Positions 1 through 13,205 of a stretch of DNA of 64,000 nt are shown piece after piece. How positions within the stretch are numbered: the first letter of the stretch is position 1; each line of letters begins with the position of its first letter. A program made the translations under genes and the position numbers. This DNA comes from the human T2T-CHM13v2.0 reference genome, Homo sapiens: assembly GCF_009914755.1 (NCBI RefSeq), contig NC_060942.1; one strand, 5' to 3'. The notes below the pieces were generated by a model that ran no database searches, was not told the origin of the DNA, and saw only the letters and a list, made by a program, of their open reading frames with translations.

Positions 1-282
1 CTATTGGTAAAAATTGATTTTAAGTGGGTTTTCTGCTATTTACAAAATCCAAAGTCTGTGATATAAAATGCTAATATTCCACACATTTTTTTTCTTTTTT
101 TTTTCAGAAAGGAAGCTGCTGTTGGCTACACGGGTAATAAGGCTGGTATAAATTAAAATTATATCTTCCACAAATTACAGTTCAAGTACACATAAGAGGT
201 AAAGCCCCCCAAAAGGTAAAGTACAACATAGGGATAAGGATCAACTGGCTATTTGTTAAAGTTGGCTAAGTCTACATTGAGT

Positions 283-470
283 GGCGGCAGCATGGTTAGA
301 ATGGTGAGAGTATGGACTTTGACTCCTATCTCTGAATGTACTAGCTTTGTGAACCTGAGGGTGATATTTAAGCCCACTGAGTGTAGTTTACTCATCTATA
401 AAACTGCAATAATATTTATTTTATAAAATTCTTGAAAGGATGAATACAATATATAAATAATTGGCATCTT
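283..470 (+). mobile_element. MIR SINE remnant
   Basis: MIR core-like 'tactagctttgtgaacctgagg...cactgagtgtagtttactcatctataaaa'; boundaries approximate. Confidence 0.7.
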
Positions 471-914
471 GTAAATGTTAGATCCTTCTCCCCATCCTCT
501 TTGACTTAGAGAATTTTCAGTTGAACTTCTACATTTGTCTGATTTATGACAAATAAATGAAAGTGTAAAAAAATTAACTGCGATCTCACATTGCCTATTT
601 TAATGAAAAAGTAAAAGCAAAACTAAACCATTTCCTGTGTGCCTCATTAACACAGTAAAATCTAATTTTCTCTCATTTCTTTCACTTCCTATGGGAAAGA
701 CCAAGTGATTTCTGGAACTCATAGTCACATATTACAATCTCTTTATACCTCTACATATTTGTTCTTTGTAAGATAGAACCTAAATTTGAGTCCACTTTCA
801 CACCGCATAGGTGACAGAAAGGTGATGGTATATTTTTAGGGGAAATGGCAGAAACACGTACTTGTGAAATTCCCCCAGTTGTTCAAATCTCAAAAAGGAA
901 CTGGACATATTCCC

Positions 915-1237
915 ACATCCTAACTCCCAAATGTGATGGTATTAGGAGGTGGGACCTTTGGGTATAATTGGGTCATGAAGGCAGGGTCTTCATGAATGGG
1001 ATTAGTCCTTTTATAAAAGAAACTCTGTAGAGTTCCTTCATTCCTTCCACCGTGTGAGATCATACCCAGAAGATTACTGTCTGTGAACCAGAAAGTGGGC
1101 TCTCACCATACACCAAATCTGCTGCCAACTTGATCTTGGCTTTCGCAGCTTGCAGAGCTTGGGTAAGTGAATTTTTGTTGTTTATAAGCCATGCAGTCTA
1201 TGGTAGTCTGTTATAGCAACCAGAACTGACTAAGATA
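915..1237 (+). mobile_element. MaLR solo LTR, MLT1A/MLT1A0-like, 5' end missing
   Basis: 'cccaaatgtgatggtattaggaggtggg...catgaatgggattagt', 'ccaaatctgctgccaacttgatcttgg', ends 'ttatagcaaccagaactgactaagata'. Confidence 0.85.
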
Positions 1238-1689
1238 CACACAAAACTAGAAAAGCCACTTTTACAAATAGTTATAATGCTGTTTCCTTATAGCACTAGC
1301 AGTTTGCAACCATCTCAGATCCTATAATATATGGGTGCTGAGAAATTCTAAACAGTGAATATTCTTTTTCACAGTATTAGTGGAGGAACAAACAGTCACA
1401 GCAAAGTTTTCAACTGCACATCTGAATCTGGAGAAGATGTAGCTGTGTATTGTGTATAATTTAAGAGCAAAGCAATGATTGTAATGAGTTTCTTCTTTTA
1501 GAAGGAGTACTGATTTAGAGAACTGTATAAGCAACCTTTTGAATTCTGAATGATATCTGAGGCAAGAAATATTAGAAAAAGATGGAAATAAATTTATTAG
1601 ATAAAATCTTGGGAGCATAATCATTTGGTCATTGAAAGAAGTGAGATAAACAACAAAAAAATAAGGTTGGTCATCTCATGTTTAAGTAG

Positions 1690-4600
1690 AGATTTTATTA
1701 AAGCACAACATATGTGTACGCAGAGATAGTAACTGTTCAGCTCAAAGAATTTAAACAACTCAACGTACCCGTGTAATCAACAGACAGATTCGGAAATAGA
1801 ACATTATCATGTATCCTCTATTATTCCCCTCTGAGACACTGTGTCTCCCCCAAAACATCATCCTAACTTCTATCATCACTTAGTTTTGCTAATTTCCAAC
1901 TTTCTATAATGGAATTACATTGTGCACTCATTTGTTATAGGCTTGTTTTTTTTAAATATTGTATTATGAGATAAACCCATGCTGTTATGCAGTAGTTTCT
2001 TCACTTTCATTGCCATGTAATATTTCATTAAATGGATACATAATATCATTATCCATTCTACTACTGATAAGCATTAGGGTTGTTTCTAATGTGGTGTCAT
2101 TCCAAAAGTATTGCTATGCATATTTTTATATATAACTTGTGGTGAATGCGTCTGAACAATTCTGGGGTGTATACACAGAAATAGATTGCTTAGTCATAAT
2201 ATACGTGCATGCTTAGACTTAGAGGTGTAAGCAACTTTCCAAACTTTCCAAAGTGATTATATCAATCTATATTACCACCAGAAGCATATGAGAATTTTTA
2301 ATAACAATAGGTGGTATCATTTTTAAAACGTTTATTAAATTTGATAAAAATGTGGCAATATGTTTCATCAGATTTTACTTTGTATTTTTTTCACTATTAA
2401 TGGTATTGAGTACCTTTACTTATGTTCATTGACTTTTTGAGTAAACTCTTTTGTAAAGCAGCAGCCCAAATCTTTCACCATTTTTTAAACTTAATTGCTT
2501 TTTATACTAACTGGTTTGTAGTTCTTATATGTCCTGAATATAAAATTAAATTTGGGACTATATTGAGTTTAGAGATCAATGTAAAAAAATTGATATCTTC
2601 ACAATAATAAATATTTCAAATTATAATTGTGGTAAAGAGTCTCTTTATTTAGGCGTTTCACATTTTCTCTAATAAAGTTTAGTGGATTCTTATGTAGAGA
2701 TTTTGTACATCTTTCATCAGATATATTATTGAATATTTCTTGTTTTAAAAATATTGCAAATAATAATTTTGTATTTTCTTTTTGTTGTGTTGTTCTGTAT
2801 TGCTATTGTATCCAAATACTTTGCTAGATCCACTGATAGATTCTTATAGTTTGTTGCTCTAGTCCTTTATTTTTTATGAACAAAATCATATTATGTGAAT
2901 GACAATTTTATTGTTTCCTTTTCAATTCTTTTGCCTAACATTTTTCTCTGGTTTTACTGCCCTTAATAGAACCTCCTTCGAAACGTTGAGTAACTACGAT
3001 GAGAGTAGGCATCTTTGGGTTCTTTGTTGAGTCTTAAAAAAGAAACTTCACAAAATTTCACGAGAAATTTATTTTTATTATTTTTTATAGAATGAGTAGT
3101 CAGATTAAGAAAGTTTCTTAAAATTCTAGTATCCTAAGTTTACTTTTAAAAACTTAAATGGTATCACATTTAGCAAATATTTTCTTATATCTACTGAGAT
3201 GATCATACAATTTTCCCTCACAGTTAATTATGTTGGTTGACTTTTTGACTACTAATCCACAATTTTTGATACAATAAATTTAAACAATTATGATAAATAA
3301 TTGTATTTTATGTATTGCTATATTCCGTTTACTTGTTTTTTATTTAGGGCTTTTTGCATTTTTTATTTAGGGCTTTTGCAGGTGAGAGATGGGCCTCTGA
3401 TTTTATTTCTTTCAATGTCCTCAGCATACTTTTGTTTCAAGGTTATGCTGGCCTCATCAAATAAGACAGAAAATATTGTTTTTTTAAATTCATTGATGAA
3501 CTTTCTTAAAATGTTGGTGATATTGTATCTTAAATGTTTACCTAGTGACCACTAAAATTGTATGTGGCTGGTGATGTTTTCTAAGAAGGTTTTAAAATAC
3601 TAAATGTAAGTTTTAAAACAGATACAAGATAAGTATGCTTTTCTATTTACTTCCATTTGCATTTTGGCAAATTTATCATTTTTTGCTGTTAATTCTATGT
3701 TGTATTTCTTCACTCTTGGTTGAGATCATATACCCTCTCTGTTTCTTTGCTGGTATTTTGTCTGCCTTTTTTTTTTTTTTTAACTGAGAAAGACATGTGA
3801 AAAGTTCCCCAATATGTTTGTGATAGTATTAATTTCTTTTATATCTGTCAATTTATACTTTACATGGGATAAACCTATGTTATTATATACCTATGTATAT
3901 ATGTTTAGAATTGATAATCTCCCTGACATAAGGACTATTACCATGTTAAAATAACTTTCTTTGGCTCTGATAATTTTTCTTGCCTAAAGTCTTGCATAGT
4001 TACACCAACTTTCTTCTTGTTATTGTTTCTTTTTTTATCGTATGTTTTCCCATTCTTTTATAATATTCATCTATTTGTTGCTGGTGGTAGTGCTTTTAAT
4101 TTAGGTTTTTTTGTTGTTGTTGTTTTTTGTTTTGTTTTGTTTTGTTTTTTTGAGATGGGGGTCTTCAACGTTGCCTAGGTTGGCCTTGAATTCCTGGGCT
4201 CAAGTGATTTTCCCACCTCAAGTTTGTCTTCAAAAAAAAAAATTTAGATTCCTTTCTAAACTCCAGAATGACATTCTTTTATTTGATTATGTATTATCTT
4301 TGGAATTATTGAAATTGCTTAAGTATTTGGATTTATGTACATCTATTGCATCACATATTTTCTTCTTCTCTGTTACCTGATGTTCTGCTGTTGGATTAAT
4401 CAGCTACTTTTAATTATTTATTTCTTCATGAGATTCTTAGTTTTATACTCTTTTACTCTTCTATTAAGAAATTACAACATGAATCTTTTTGACTTAATAA
4501 GATTTGATATGAATGAGTATTTTCACTACTAATAAATTACAAATGCTAAAGTGTAAAAATAACGTGGCATCATATATGCCCTCCTACCTTTTGTGCAATT

Positions 4601-4700
4601 GTTGCCAAGAATTTTATTTATACATATAATTTAAATTACACACATTATTATTGTTTTATATATTAATCCTTTTTATTGTTCTCTGTTTTTCTCTGCCTTT
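1690..4700 (-). mobile_element. Ancient L1 (L1ME-like), 3' UTR plus decayed ORF2
   Basis: T-rich antisense L1 motifs: 'atccattctactactgataagcattagggttgtttcta', 'cagattaagaaagtttc', 'caaggttatgctggcctcat'; no intact frame. Confidence 0.75.
4108..4222 (-). mobile_element. Alu monomer fragment (FLAM-like) nested in L1
   Basis: (T/TTTTG) tail then 'gagatgggggtcttcaacgttgcctaggttggccttgaattcctgggctcaagtgat'. Confidence 0.8.
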
Positions 4701-4977
4701 TTATGATTCTGTTCAAAAGCTAAGAATTCAACATAAGTGATAAATCAAAAAAATTGAAATGGAAAGGAAGGAGTATTAAAATCCATTGATTTACTACTAC
4801 ATGTCAGGTAGCTTGCATTGTGTTAATAATAATGAAATTAATCATTCATTTCCCATATGCCATGAGCCACACACTATCCTAAATCCTTCATATGCAATAT
4901 GCCTTTAAAGCTTCAGAAAAACCTTCTAAACTTTTGGTTAACTTCTTGAGTATATATGAAAATAAGTATAGCTCACC

Positions 4978-5270
4978 TTTCAGTCAATAAATATATGGTC
5001 TATCCTTTTATAGGCTAGACACTGTTTGAAGTACTGGAGATATAGCAAAGAACCAGACAAACAAAATACTAGTAATTCTGGTGGCTACTTTCTAATGTAA
5101 ATGGACAGGCAATAAAAAGTGAACAAGTTAATTAATATGTGAATGACTATAAGATATGAAAGATGATAAGTGCTATGGGAAAAATTAAGTATGCATTTGG
5201 TTTGCTATTTCATATAAGATGGAGAGAAACATCTTCAGTGTAAACTTTATTTGAGGAAATACCTGAAGAA
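4978..5270 (-). mobile_element. L2 LINE 3' end
   Basis: 'cagtcaataaatat...ctagacactgtttgaagtactggagatatagcaaagaaccagacaaac...gataagtgctatggg'. Confidence 0.7.
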
Positions 5271-6027
5271 AATACTAGGCTCTAAAAATCAGATGACTCA
5301 GAAAAGTTTAAAAATCACATAAAATTTTAAATTAATAAAATATTGTCAGTGTCCCCATTAATAGGCTTGCTCCACATATCCACAGAGGTAATAAATACTA
5401 GATGTAGGGAATACATAGAAAAAAATTAGGCCATAAGGAAGGTTTAGCCTTTTTTGGATTAATATTTTGCACACCCATCACTTTTTGTATTTTATTTTAT
5501 CTGTTCTGCTTTCTTGCCTAATGGCAAGAGAAATTCTTATTTCTCTCTCTTTCTCTCTCTCTGTATCTATATATACACATACAAGATATCCTTCAAATCT
5601 TATTGCAGTCCTAAGCTCTTGATAAATAGATGGATAGATGGATATGTAGATACACAGGTGGATAGACAGAGCTCCCCAGCTACTAATTTAAATATATGTT
5701 TGAGGAAACAAGTATACAAACCTTTTAAGTTTACTCAAAGTTACACTCAAGAATCTCTCTGTTTTCTTGTAATCAGGGTCAACTAATGTCAATTAAAAAT
5801 GCCTACTTTGTGATAAAAAGCAATGAGCTCTACTTTATATAAGGAGAAAAGATAAATTCTGTTTTAAAACATTTCTATTATCCATATATTTCTCTTCTCT
5901 CTCTCCCAAACGTTACAAAAAACTATTTTTACAATAAGTACACATTTGTTATTGCCGCAGGAAGGGTGGGGAGGGAGGAACTAATGGAAAGAGGAAAAAT
6001 TTTATAAAACACTAAGTATCCAATAAG

Positions 6028-6208
6028 TAGTGTTATTAGGTAAAATACAGAACATCTAGTTAAATGTGAGTGTCAAATAAACAACAAATGAGGGTTTTGC
6101 GGCATATATTTGTCTCAAATATTGCATGGAACAGAAAAACTTTTATATGAAATTCAAATGTAATCGTTTATTTTCTGTATTTCTATTTGCTAAATATGAC
6201 AGTCCTAG
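6028..6208. mobile_element. MER53 palindromic hAT MITE
   Basis: 'taaaatacagaacatctagttaaatgtgag...caaatattgcatgg...tgaaattcaaatgtaa...ctgtatttctatttgctaaat'. Confidence 0.75.
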
Positions 6209-7730
6209 CAGGAGAAATAGCTCCTAAGATAATCCAGAAACTAAACCAATGCAGTAGAAAGAGAACTTAAAATCATAAGAAAAATAAAGACTCCCATGAA
6301 GTAGGCTGTCACGACTTTCTGTGACTTCAGGGGTTTTAGATGTTGAGAGAGAGTAGATAGGATTGGATATATGGGGTAGGGAGCAGATGTTAGAGACAAT
6401 CTAATTTAGCTATGGGAGTTGATTACAGGAAATCCCACATGAAAACTGAATTATTTTTACATAAGTAAAGTGTAATATTTCTTCTCCTGAAAGCAGTATG
6501 TTGATCAGTCTTCCTAGTTTGATTAAATGATTGAGAGTTATTATTTTCCTTGTCTTACTCTGTTTTCATAAATATTTTGGAAGATACTTCTGGCTCTATC
6601 TTTCTGTTTTTTAAAGGTAAATCCACAGGTATCTGCTACTCTCAGATGCTGGGGCATCTTTGAATGTCACTTAACTACCCAATCTCCAAAAGATTCTAAG
6701 AACTGTTTTAATAATTATTTATTATTATGTTGATTCTTTTACAAATGTAATTTTCACTTGCAGAGTATATTTTGGAAAACATCTCGTATATGCTAATCAC
6801 TGGTATATTCACATGTAAGTAAATATATATGTATAAAAATATGTTTAAGTTATACATATAAAGTAAAAACAACTTTACTGTATTTGTAGGCAGTCTGAAG
6901 TTCTTGAAACCACATTGTACAATGTGTTATGTAGATAGAGACGCCAAGCTGAAAAGTGCTTATTAACATCTGCAAAGATGTTAGAACAAAACAAGGCAAT
7001 AATAAAGCACAAAAATAATTTTATAAAACAAGTTTATACTATTGCCATGTTGAAATGATTAAATCTTGGACACAAATTACCATGACATGCAGAATTATAT
7101 TATTTGCCAGCTAAGTATTACTTGAGTATATTCATTGATTGTGTTTCTTTAACATTTAGTCAGCTTTATATGGAATAAACTGAGTAGGTTTATCCAAATT
7201 AGTAATTAAGGCTAGATTTTAATCTTAATTTTAGTTTTATTATTTTATTTTTATTTTGCAATGTCTTAACACATTTCTTATTCATGTAAAATTTTATTCT
7301 TAAGTGTTTAATTCTTTACGACTATAATAAAAATATAAAAAGTGATGAAAACCAAATCTATTGAAAATAGTTGTAATTATTAGCAACTATTAAATAGAAA
7401 TTACTTAGCAAATTTGTTCTTTACATAGCAATCTCTGAGTGCACTATTCTTGTCAAAAACATTTGAAGACAATTTGCATTTACATTCCAGTGTGCTGCTT
7501 GTAAAGGTCATTTTTCTAAGGCATGCACATAAAGATAAAAAGCAAAGAAGCTACATTTATTTTCATATTAACCTCTCATCAAAACTAGGACTGAATTGCC
7601 ACAGGGAAATATGGTACTGGTGGCATTTTCTTAGATAATGACATCTGTTTTACTTGACACTTTTAATATTTCAAACTTAAGAGACAGAAGAAAAATAATG
7701 TCTAATTTAATATTCTGCCCACTCTTTGCT

Positions 7731-8214
7731 TGTGTCATTCAATTTCTACACTTGAAACAGATTGTACACTTATATAGCATGTATTTGAAATATATCTGAG
7801 GAAATATTAATAGAAGGACTGTTTATAACATGTGGACATTTAAGAAAAATCAGAAAGGTTCAGGAAGCACCTCAGGGCTGGTAAGAGTTAGGAGCTGTTA
7901 ATACACCTAGGTCTAGAGACGTGAGAAGAGAGAACAGTTACTGGAACTGGGAAATATAAGTAGTAGCTGTAAGAGAGCGCTCCCAGTTAGGCACTGTGGC
8001 CTTTAGTAAACTGGAAGAAGTCAGAGATATATACACGAAACCTTAATCTCCTCCCTCCATCAGCTCCTTTGCAGGTACTTTCCATTGGTCAAGTACAAAG
8101 CCAGGAAAAGGAGCTCACCGATGCAGCTGACATGGTCAACTTCCCAAAGAACAGAATAGGATGGGAAAGGAAAAAAAGGGGATTTGGAGAAGCAATAAAA
8201 AAATATCCAGCACA
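7731..8214 (-). mobile_element. ERVL LTR (LTR33/LTR41-like), 3' LTR of the provirus
   Basis: Minus strand begins TGTGCTGGATATTTT and ends ...GAATGACACA; purine-rich PPT-like stretch precedes it on the minus strand. Confidence 0.7.
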
Positions 8215-9331
8215 GTTCACTCATTATCTCTTCTTGTGTCTATCATCTCATTATCTAGTCTTCTTCTTTTTCTTGATAAGAAAATGTATGTTTTCATACA
8301 AAATATCACAAGCTTCCATTTCATCATGGGATGATAACACTGTAAATATCCTCCATCCTAAAATCTAAAACTTTAGTCACCACTATTTTTTTTTATTATA
8401 ATGGGAGAGAAAGAAACAATTTTTAAAAACCTAGATTTAATAGTCCTATTTCTGTAACTTCTCTTTTGCAAGACCAATTTAATATTCCTCTTAGTATCTG
8501 CCATCATCTAAGCTGAATAGAATTCTTTACCAAGTGGAGTGATCCCAATCTTTATTCCTGGGATCTGAATTCTCTGTGGCTCTATATCTTTATCACGTTG
8601 CTGCAGTGTTCCAATGACTATCCCCTTACCACTATGTAAGGGTGTACTAAAAGGCACACCAGTGAATCCTCTGGTTCTAGATATTGTCTTCCTTGCTCTT
8701 TTGTATAGCAGCTATCCACTTTCTCCTTGATGACCAAGAATAATCATCTTGCCATGAAAGTTCCCCTCTTCTATGCATGGCATGAGAATCACAGAGAGCA
8801 ATATCAGTTTCTTGTTTTTAAAAAATGCAACCATGATCTTTATTAATTGTAACATTTCTACTTTGGACATTAGAACTTTGAAAGTCATTAAAACCCAGGC
8901 CAGAGAGATGGTAAGTAGAAATTTCTTCAGTTATTTATTTTGTGTAATCGCTTGGAGAGAAGTTTTCCACCCCCAGCTTTTTAGTTCCTGAATGTATTCT
9001 AGCTATAGGAAAAGTGGTAACATAATTGGCTTCTGGTTTAGGGTAGAATAAATCAATTATGGTTTATGAATGGAGAATGCCATGACCCTAAAGAGATTTG
9101 TCTCCTAGTAAGTACAGTACTATACTTTTAGCAGGCTATTCCACCACTTATAAAGCTAGCTGCTGTTGAGTCATAAGCATGTTAAGTTAGTGAATTCTAT
9201 GGATGCTAGCCCATTGCTTTACTTCTTTGCCATAATGATGGATAATATACACTTTGAGTGGTGATAATATTATATGGAATATCACAGAAATGAATGTCTA
9301 GAAGTCTCTTAATAGTGTTGCTCTCAGATGT

Positions 9332-9771
9332 TACTATGGTTTTAATATCTGTCTCATCCAAAATTAATGTTGAAACTTAATCTCCAATGAAACAGTACAA
9401 AAATAGGGGCCTTTAAGAGGTGATTGCATCATGAGGGCCCACCCTTCATAAATGGATTCATCCTTTTGTGGATTAATGGATTAATGAGTTAATAGATTAA
9501 TGGATTATTGTGGGAGTGGGTTGGTCATCACAAGAGTGGATCTGTTATAAAAGGACAGTTTGACTTTCTTTCATGAGCCCCCATCACCATGTGATGCTCT
9601 GGGCCATAAGAGAACTCTGCAGAGAAACCCTACCAGCAAGAAAGCCCTCACAAGACACAGACCCTAGACCTTGGATTTCCCAGCCTCCAGAGCAATAAAA
9701 TAAAAATTTATTTTCTTTATAAATCACTCAGTCTCAGGTATTTAGTTATATCACCAGAAAACAAACAAACA
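9332..9771 (+). mobile_element. MaLR solo LTR (MSTC/MSTB2-like)
   Basis: 'tactatggttttaat...ggattaatggattaatg...accagcaagaaagccctcac...cagtctcaggtat'; 5-bp TSD GATGT/GAAGT. Confidence 0.85.
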
Positions 9772-10419
9772 GAAGTGTTACCGGGAAAAAGGTATATTTG
9801 CAACTCAGATATATATCTTTCTCTGCATGAATAAATTACTGGTCATCCATGATGAAAGGGGTCCAATGTAGTGAGCCTGCCACCAGATGGATGGCTATTC
9901 TTTTGAAAAACAACGTTTATATTAGGTGATCAGCACTGGCCTCTGGGGTTGACAACTAAGATGTTTAGTAATGTTAGTAGCCAGATCAGCTATACTGACG
10001 GTAATTGTAAGCTGCGGAAATCATGCATGGACTTTAGGCTCACCTTTATGGACTATTTGTAGGTGGACCCATTAAGCAAGCAGAAAAATGTCTGGGAAAA
10101 AGTCAATGACATCCACCTGAATGATCAAAGTCTCCATCCTTTTATTTAAAGCCTCCTCTTAAATGAATCTTCTATGATGATCATTTACAGTGAACACAAT
10201 TATCGTCATCATTGGCTTCTATGCCCAGAGTTCATTCAATTACCTCTTACTCAGAATGATCAGCCACCTTGAAATTTTCTTTTCAAGGGCTTGACCCATC
10301 AACCAACCCATTAGATAGTATAGATATTTTCCTTGGACAGTCCCTCCTTACACATAAAATAACAAACAGATGTACTGCCCCAAGTTCTATTCACTAGGAG
10401 GATTTCCCTTTACTATAAT

Positions 10420-10724
10420 TTTTTAATTTTTTTTATTTTTTTGAGATGGAGTCTCACTCTGTCACCCAGGCTGGAGTACAGTGACACGATCTTGACTCAC
10501 TGCAACCTCTGCCTCCTGGGTTCAAACGGTTCTCCTGCCTCAGCCCTCTGAGTACCTGGGACTATAGGCATGCGCCGCCATACTCGGCTAACTTTTCTAT
10601 TTTTAGTAGAGACAGGGTTTCACCATGTTGGCCAGGATGGTCTCGAACTCCTGACCTCAAGAGATTGGTCCACCTTGGCCTCCCCAAATGCTGGGATTAC
10701 AGGCATGAGCCACTGCGCCTAGTC
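10420..10724 (-). mobile_element. AluS (Sx/Sz-like), full length
   Basis: Complete dimeric Alu; 13-bp TSD CCTTTACTATAAT at 10407-10419 and 10725-10737. Confidence 0.95.
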
Positions 10725-11365
10725 CCTTTACTATAATCTTTAGGTCTTGCCTGAATGGGGCTATGAGACAGAAGTTCTCCACTTCCATGTACTGTTGACA
10801 TACGGTGTACTGGATGTTTTCTCCTTCACCATCAAGTGGTCATGGAAAACTCCCCATGTAGGCAGAGCATGGTGTGAAGGAGGGGAAGGAAAGCAGTGGG
10901 AACAATTCCTCTGGATGTCTAAGCTTTCTGTTTGTGTGCTAGTTTCTTTCAGTCTTTCTTTGTCTTCATACACTTTCTCTCCAGGTTTCAGTGAAATGCT
11001 GATGCACAAGCCCAACTTTATAATTTGCTAACTTAGGTAACACCCAAATTATCATAGACAGTTTAGGTCACACTTTCACTTCATGCCCTACTTTAAGGAG
11101 TTTGGATCTTGGAAACAAGTTAGGAGCAACTTTAATGGTCTTTGAGGTTAACAGTTGGGGCACTTAATAGTGCCAATATCCAGATCAGTCTGGGTGAGAT
11201 AATTTCTTTGATATTGAACCCACAAACAGCTCTTATTCCTAGAAAGAAAGAGCCTGGCCTCACTATAAACCCCTGAATCTGGGCCATAATTTCTCCTAAA
11301 GGCCTGCCAGAGGCTCTACACTGCATCCCCTTCTCTCACCATTCCAATTTCTGTTTCGTTTACTG

Positions 11366-11681
11366 CAGGGAGTGGGAAACCTTTTCTATAAAGGGACAGA
11401 TAGTAAACATTTTAGGCTTTGTAGGCAATACGATCTCTGTTATGATCTCTGTCATTGTTGCACAATAGCATCCATAGCCAGTAAGTAAAGGAATCAGTGT
11501 GTTTTTTCCTAATAAAAGTCACTTTATGGACATAAACATTTGGATTTCATATAATTTTCATATGTCATAAAATATTATTTTTTCAACCATTTAATAATGT
11601 AAAAACTATTATTAGCTCATCAGCCATACAAAAACAGGTGATGGGCCAGATTTTGCCACAGACTGTCAGTTGCCATCCCTA
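11366..11681 (+). mobile_element. MER58B hAT-Charlie non-autonomous DNA transposon
   Basis: 'caggg...cttttctataaagggacagatagtaaacattttaggctttg...ccatacaaaaacaggtgatgggccagattt'. Confidence 0.85.
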
Positions 11682-12570
11682 AGTCATGTGGACTGTGTAG
11701 TAGGGCAGCTTGAAATATAAGCTGGACCTGCTGCATAAGTTGTTCTTGCTTCAGGTCCCTTCAAATTAAGTTTTGTAAATTATACAGTAAAAATATATGA
11801 ATAGCATGCCAAACTGTAGTACAAATGTTCTTCAGAATCCAAAGACACCATCAAGCATAGTGATTTTCCTTGGTTGTGAATGATGGAACAATTTATCCTT
11901 TAGAAAGGATATTCTCATAGGATGAGGAACCATAAAACTTCTAGCAACTTGTGTTAGGCCCCTCAACATTACAGGGTGTTTTGTCCATACCCCATCATGC
12001 GTGATTCCTTCACAGACCATATCCACCTCAAATTGTGTCTTCAGTCTAATTGAGTAACATAATGTTCTGTGATATACTTAGACCAAGATCCTTTCAGACT
12101 GTATTTTACTAGATGTCTAGACAACTGACATAGCCCTGTGGCAACAAAGCAATATATATTGTTGTCCCTAACACATAAAGCCAAATGGCTTCTTACTATA
12201 TTTGCTTATAGAAGTGAATTAAAACAAAACAAAATATTTGCTATGTCATTAGCTAAGCATCTAATGATTTACTTTAGCAAAGATATTCTATCTGAAACGG
12301 TACCCATGATGGGCATTATCATCTATCTAAGTATTTGATAATTTCCATTCATTCTTTAAGAATTATCTACCTTTAAAAAACCCAAAGAGGTAATATGAAT
12401 TAAAATGTGGTAAGAATCAATATGCTTGCATCTTTCATTTTGTTTGTTACAGTATTAAAGTCTGTTATTTCCACAGATACAGTATGCAGTATTATTTATG
12501 GTTTACTATCATAGCATGAGAGAAGGGCTGTTCCAGGGCTTTTTTGCAGCTCTTTCTGTCTTAATAGTAT

Positions 12571-12925
12571 TGATATGGTTTGGCTGTAGCCCCACCCAAA
12601 TTTCGCCTTGAATTGTAATAATTTCCACATGTCAAGAGTGGGGCCAGGGGAAGATAATTGAATCATGGGGGTGGTTCCCCTATATTGTTCACGTGGTGGT
12701 GAAAAATTTCATGAGTTCTGATGGTTTTGTAAATGGGAGGTCCCCTGCATAAGTTCTCTCTTGCCTGCCACCATGTAAGATGTGACTTGCTCCTCCTTGC
12801 CTTTCACCATGATTATGAGGCCTCCCCAGCTATGTGGAACTGTGAGCTGATTAAACCTCTTTTTTTTTGTAAATTTCCCAGTCTCAGGTATGTCTTTATT
12901 AGCAGCACAAGAACAGAATAATACA
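12571..12925 (+). mobile_element. THE1 solo LTR (THE1B-like)
   Basis: Starts TGATATGGTTTGGCTG, ends AATACA, 355 bp; perfect 5-bp TSD AGTAT. Confidence 0.95.
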
Positions 12926-13205
12926 AGTATTTACTCTGTGGGCCAGGGAACAAATGTGGGAATTCTTCCAGTTAAAAAGTACATGCATTCTTACTATTGA
13001 TTAGGGGACTATAAGAGTACCGCAAAATTGGTCTGAGATCCCACTGGATCCACTTTGGCCAAGACTTCATCTATCCCATGACCTCCAGAATGATCTGGCA
13101 AACCACAATTGTTTTCAAGTTCCCAAATATCAGCATGAATTCAGACCATCATCAAATAACTGCTGAAAAATCTGGGTATCTTTTCTTTCATATACCCAAT
13201 CCTAG

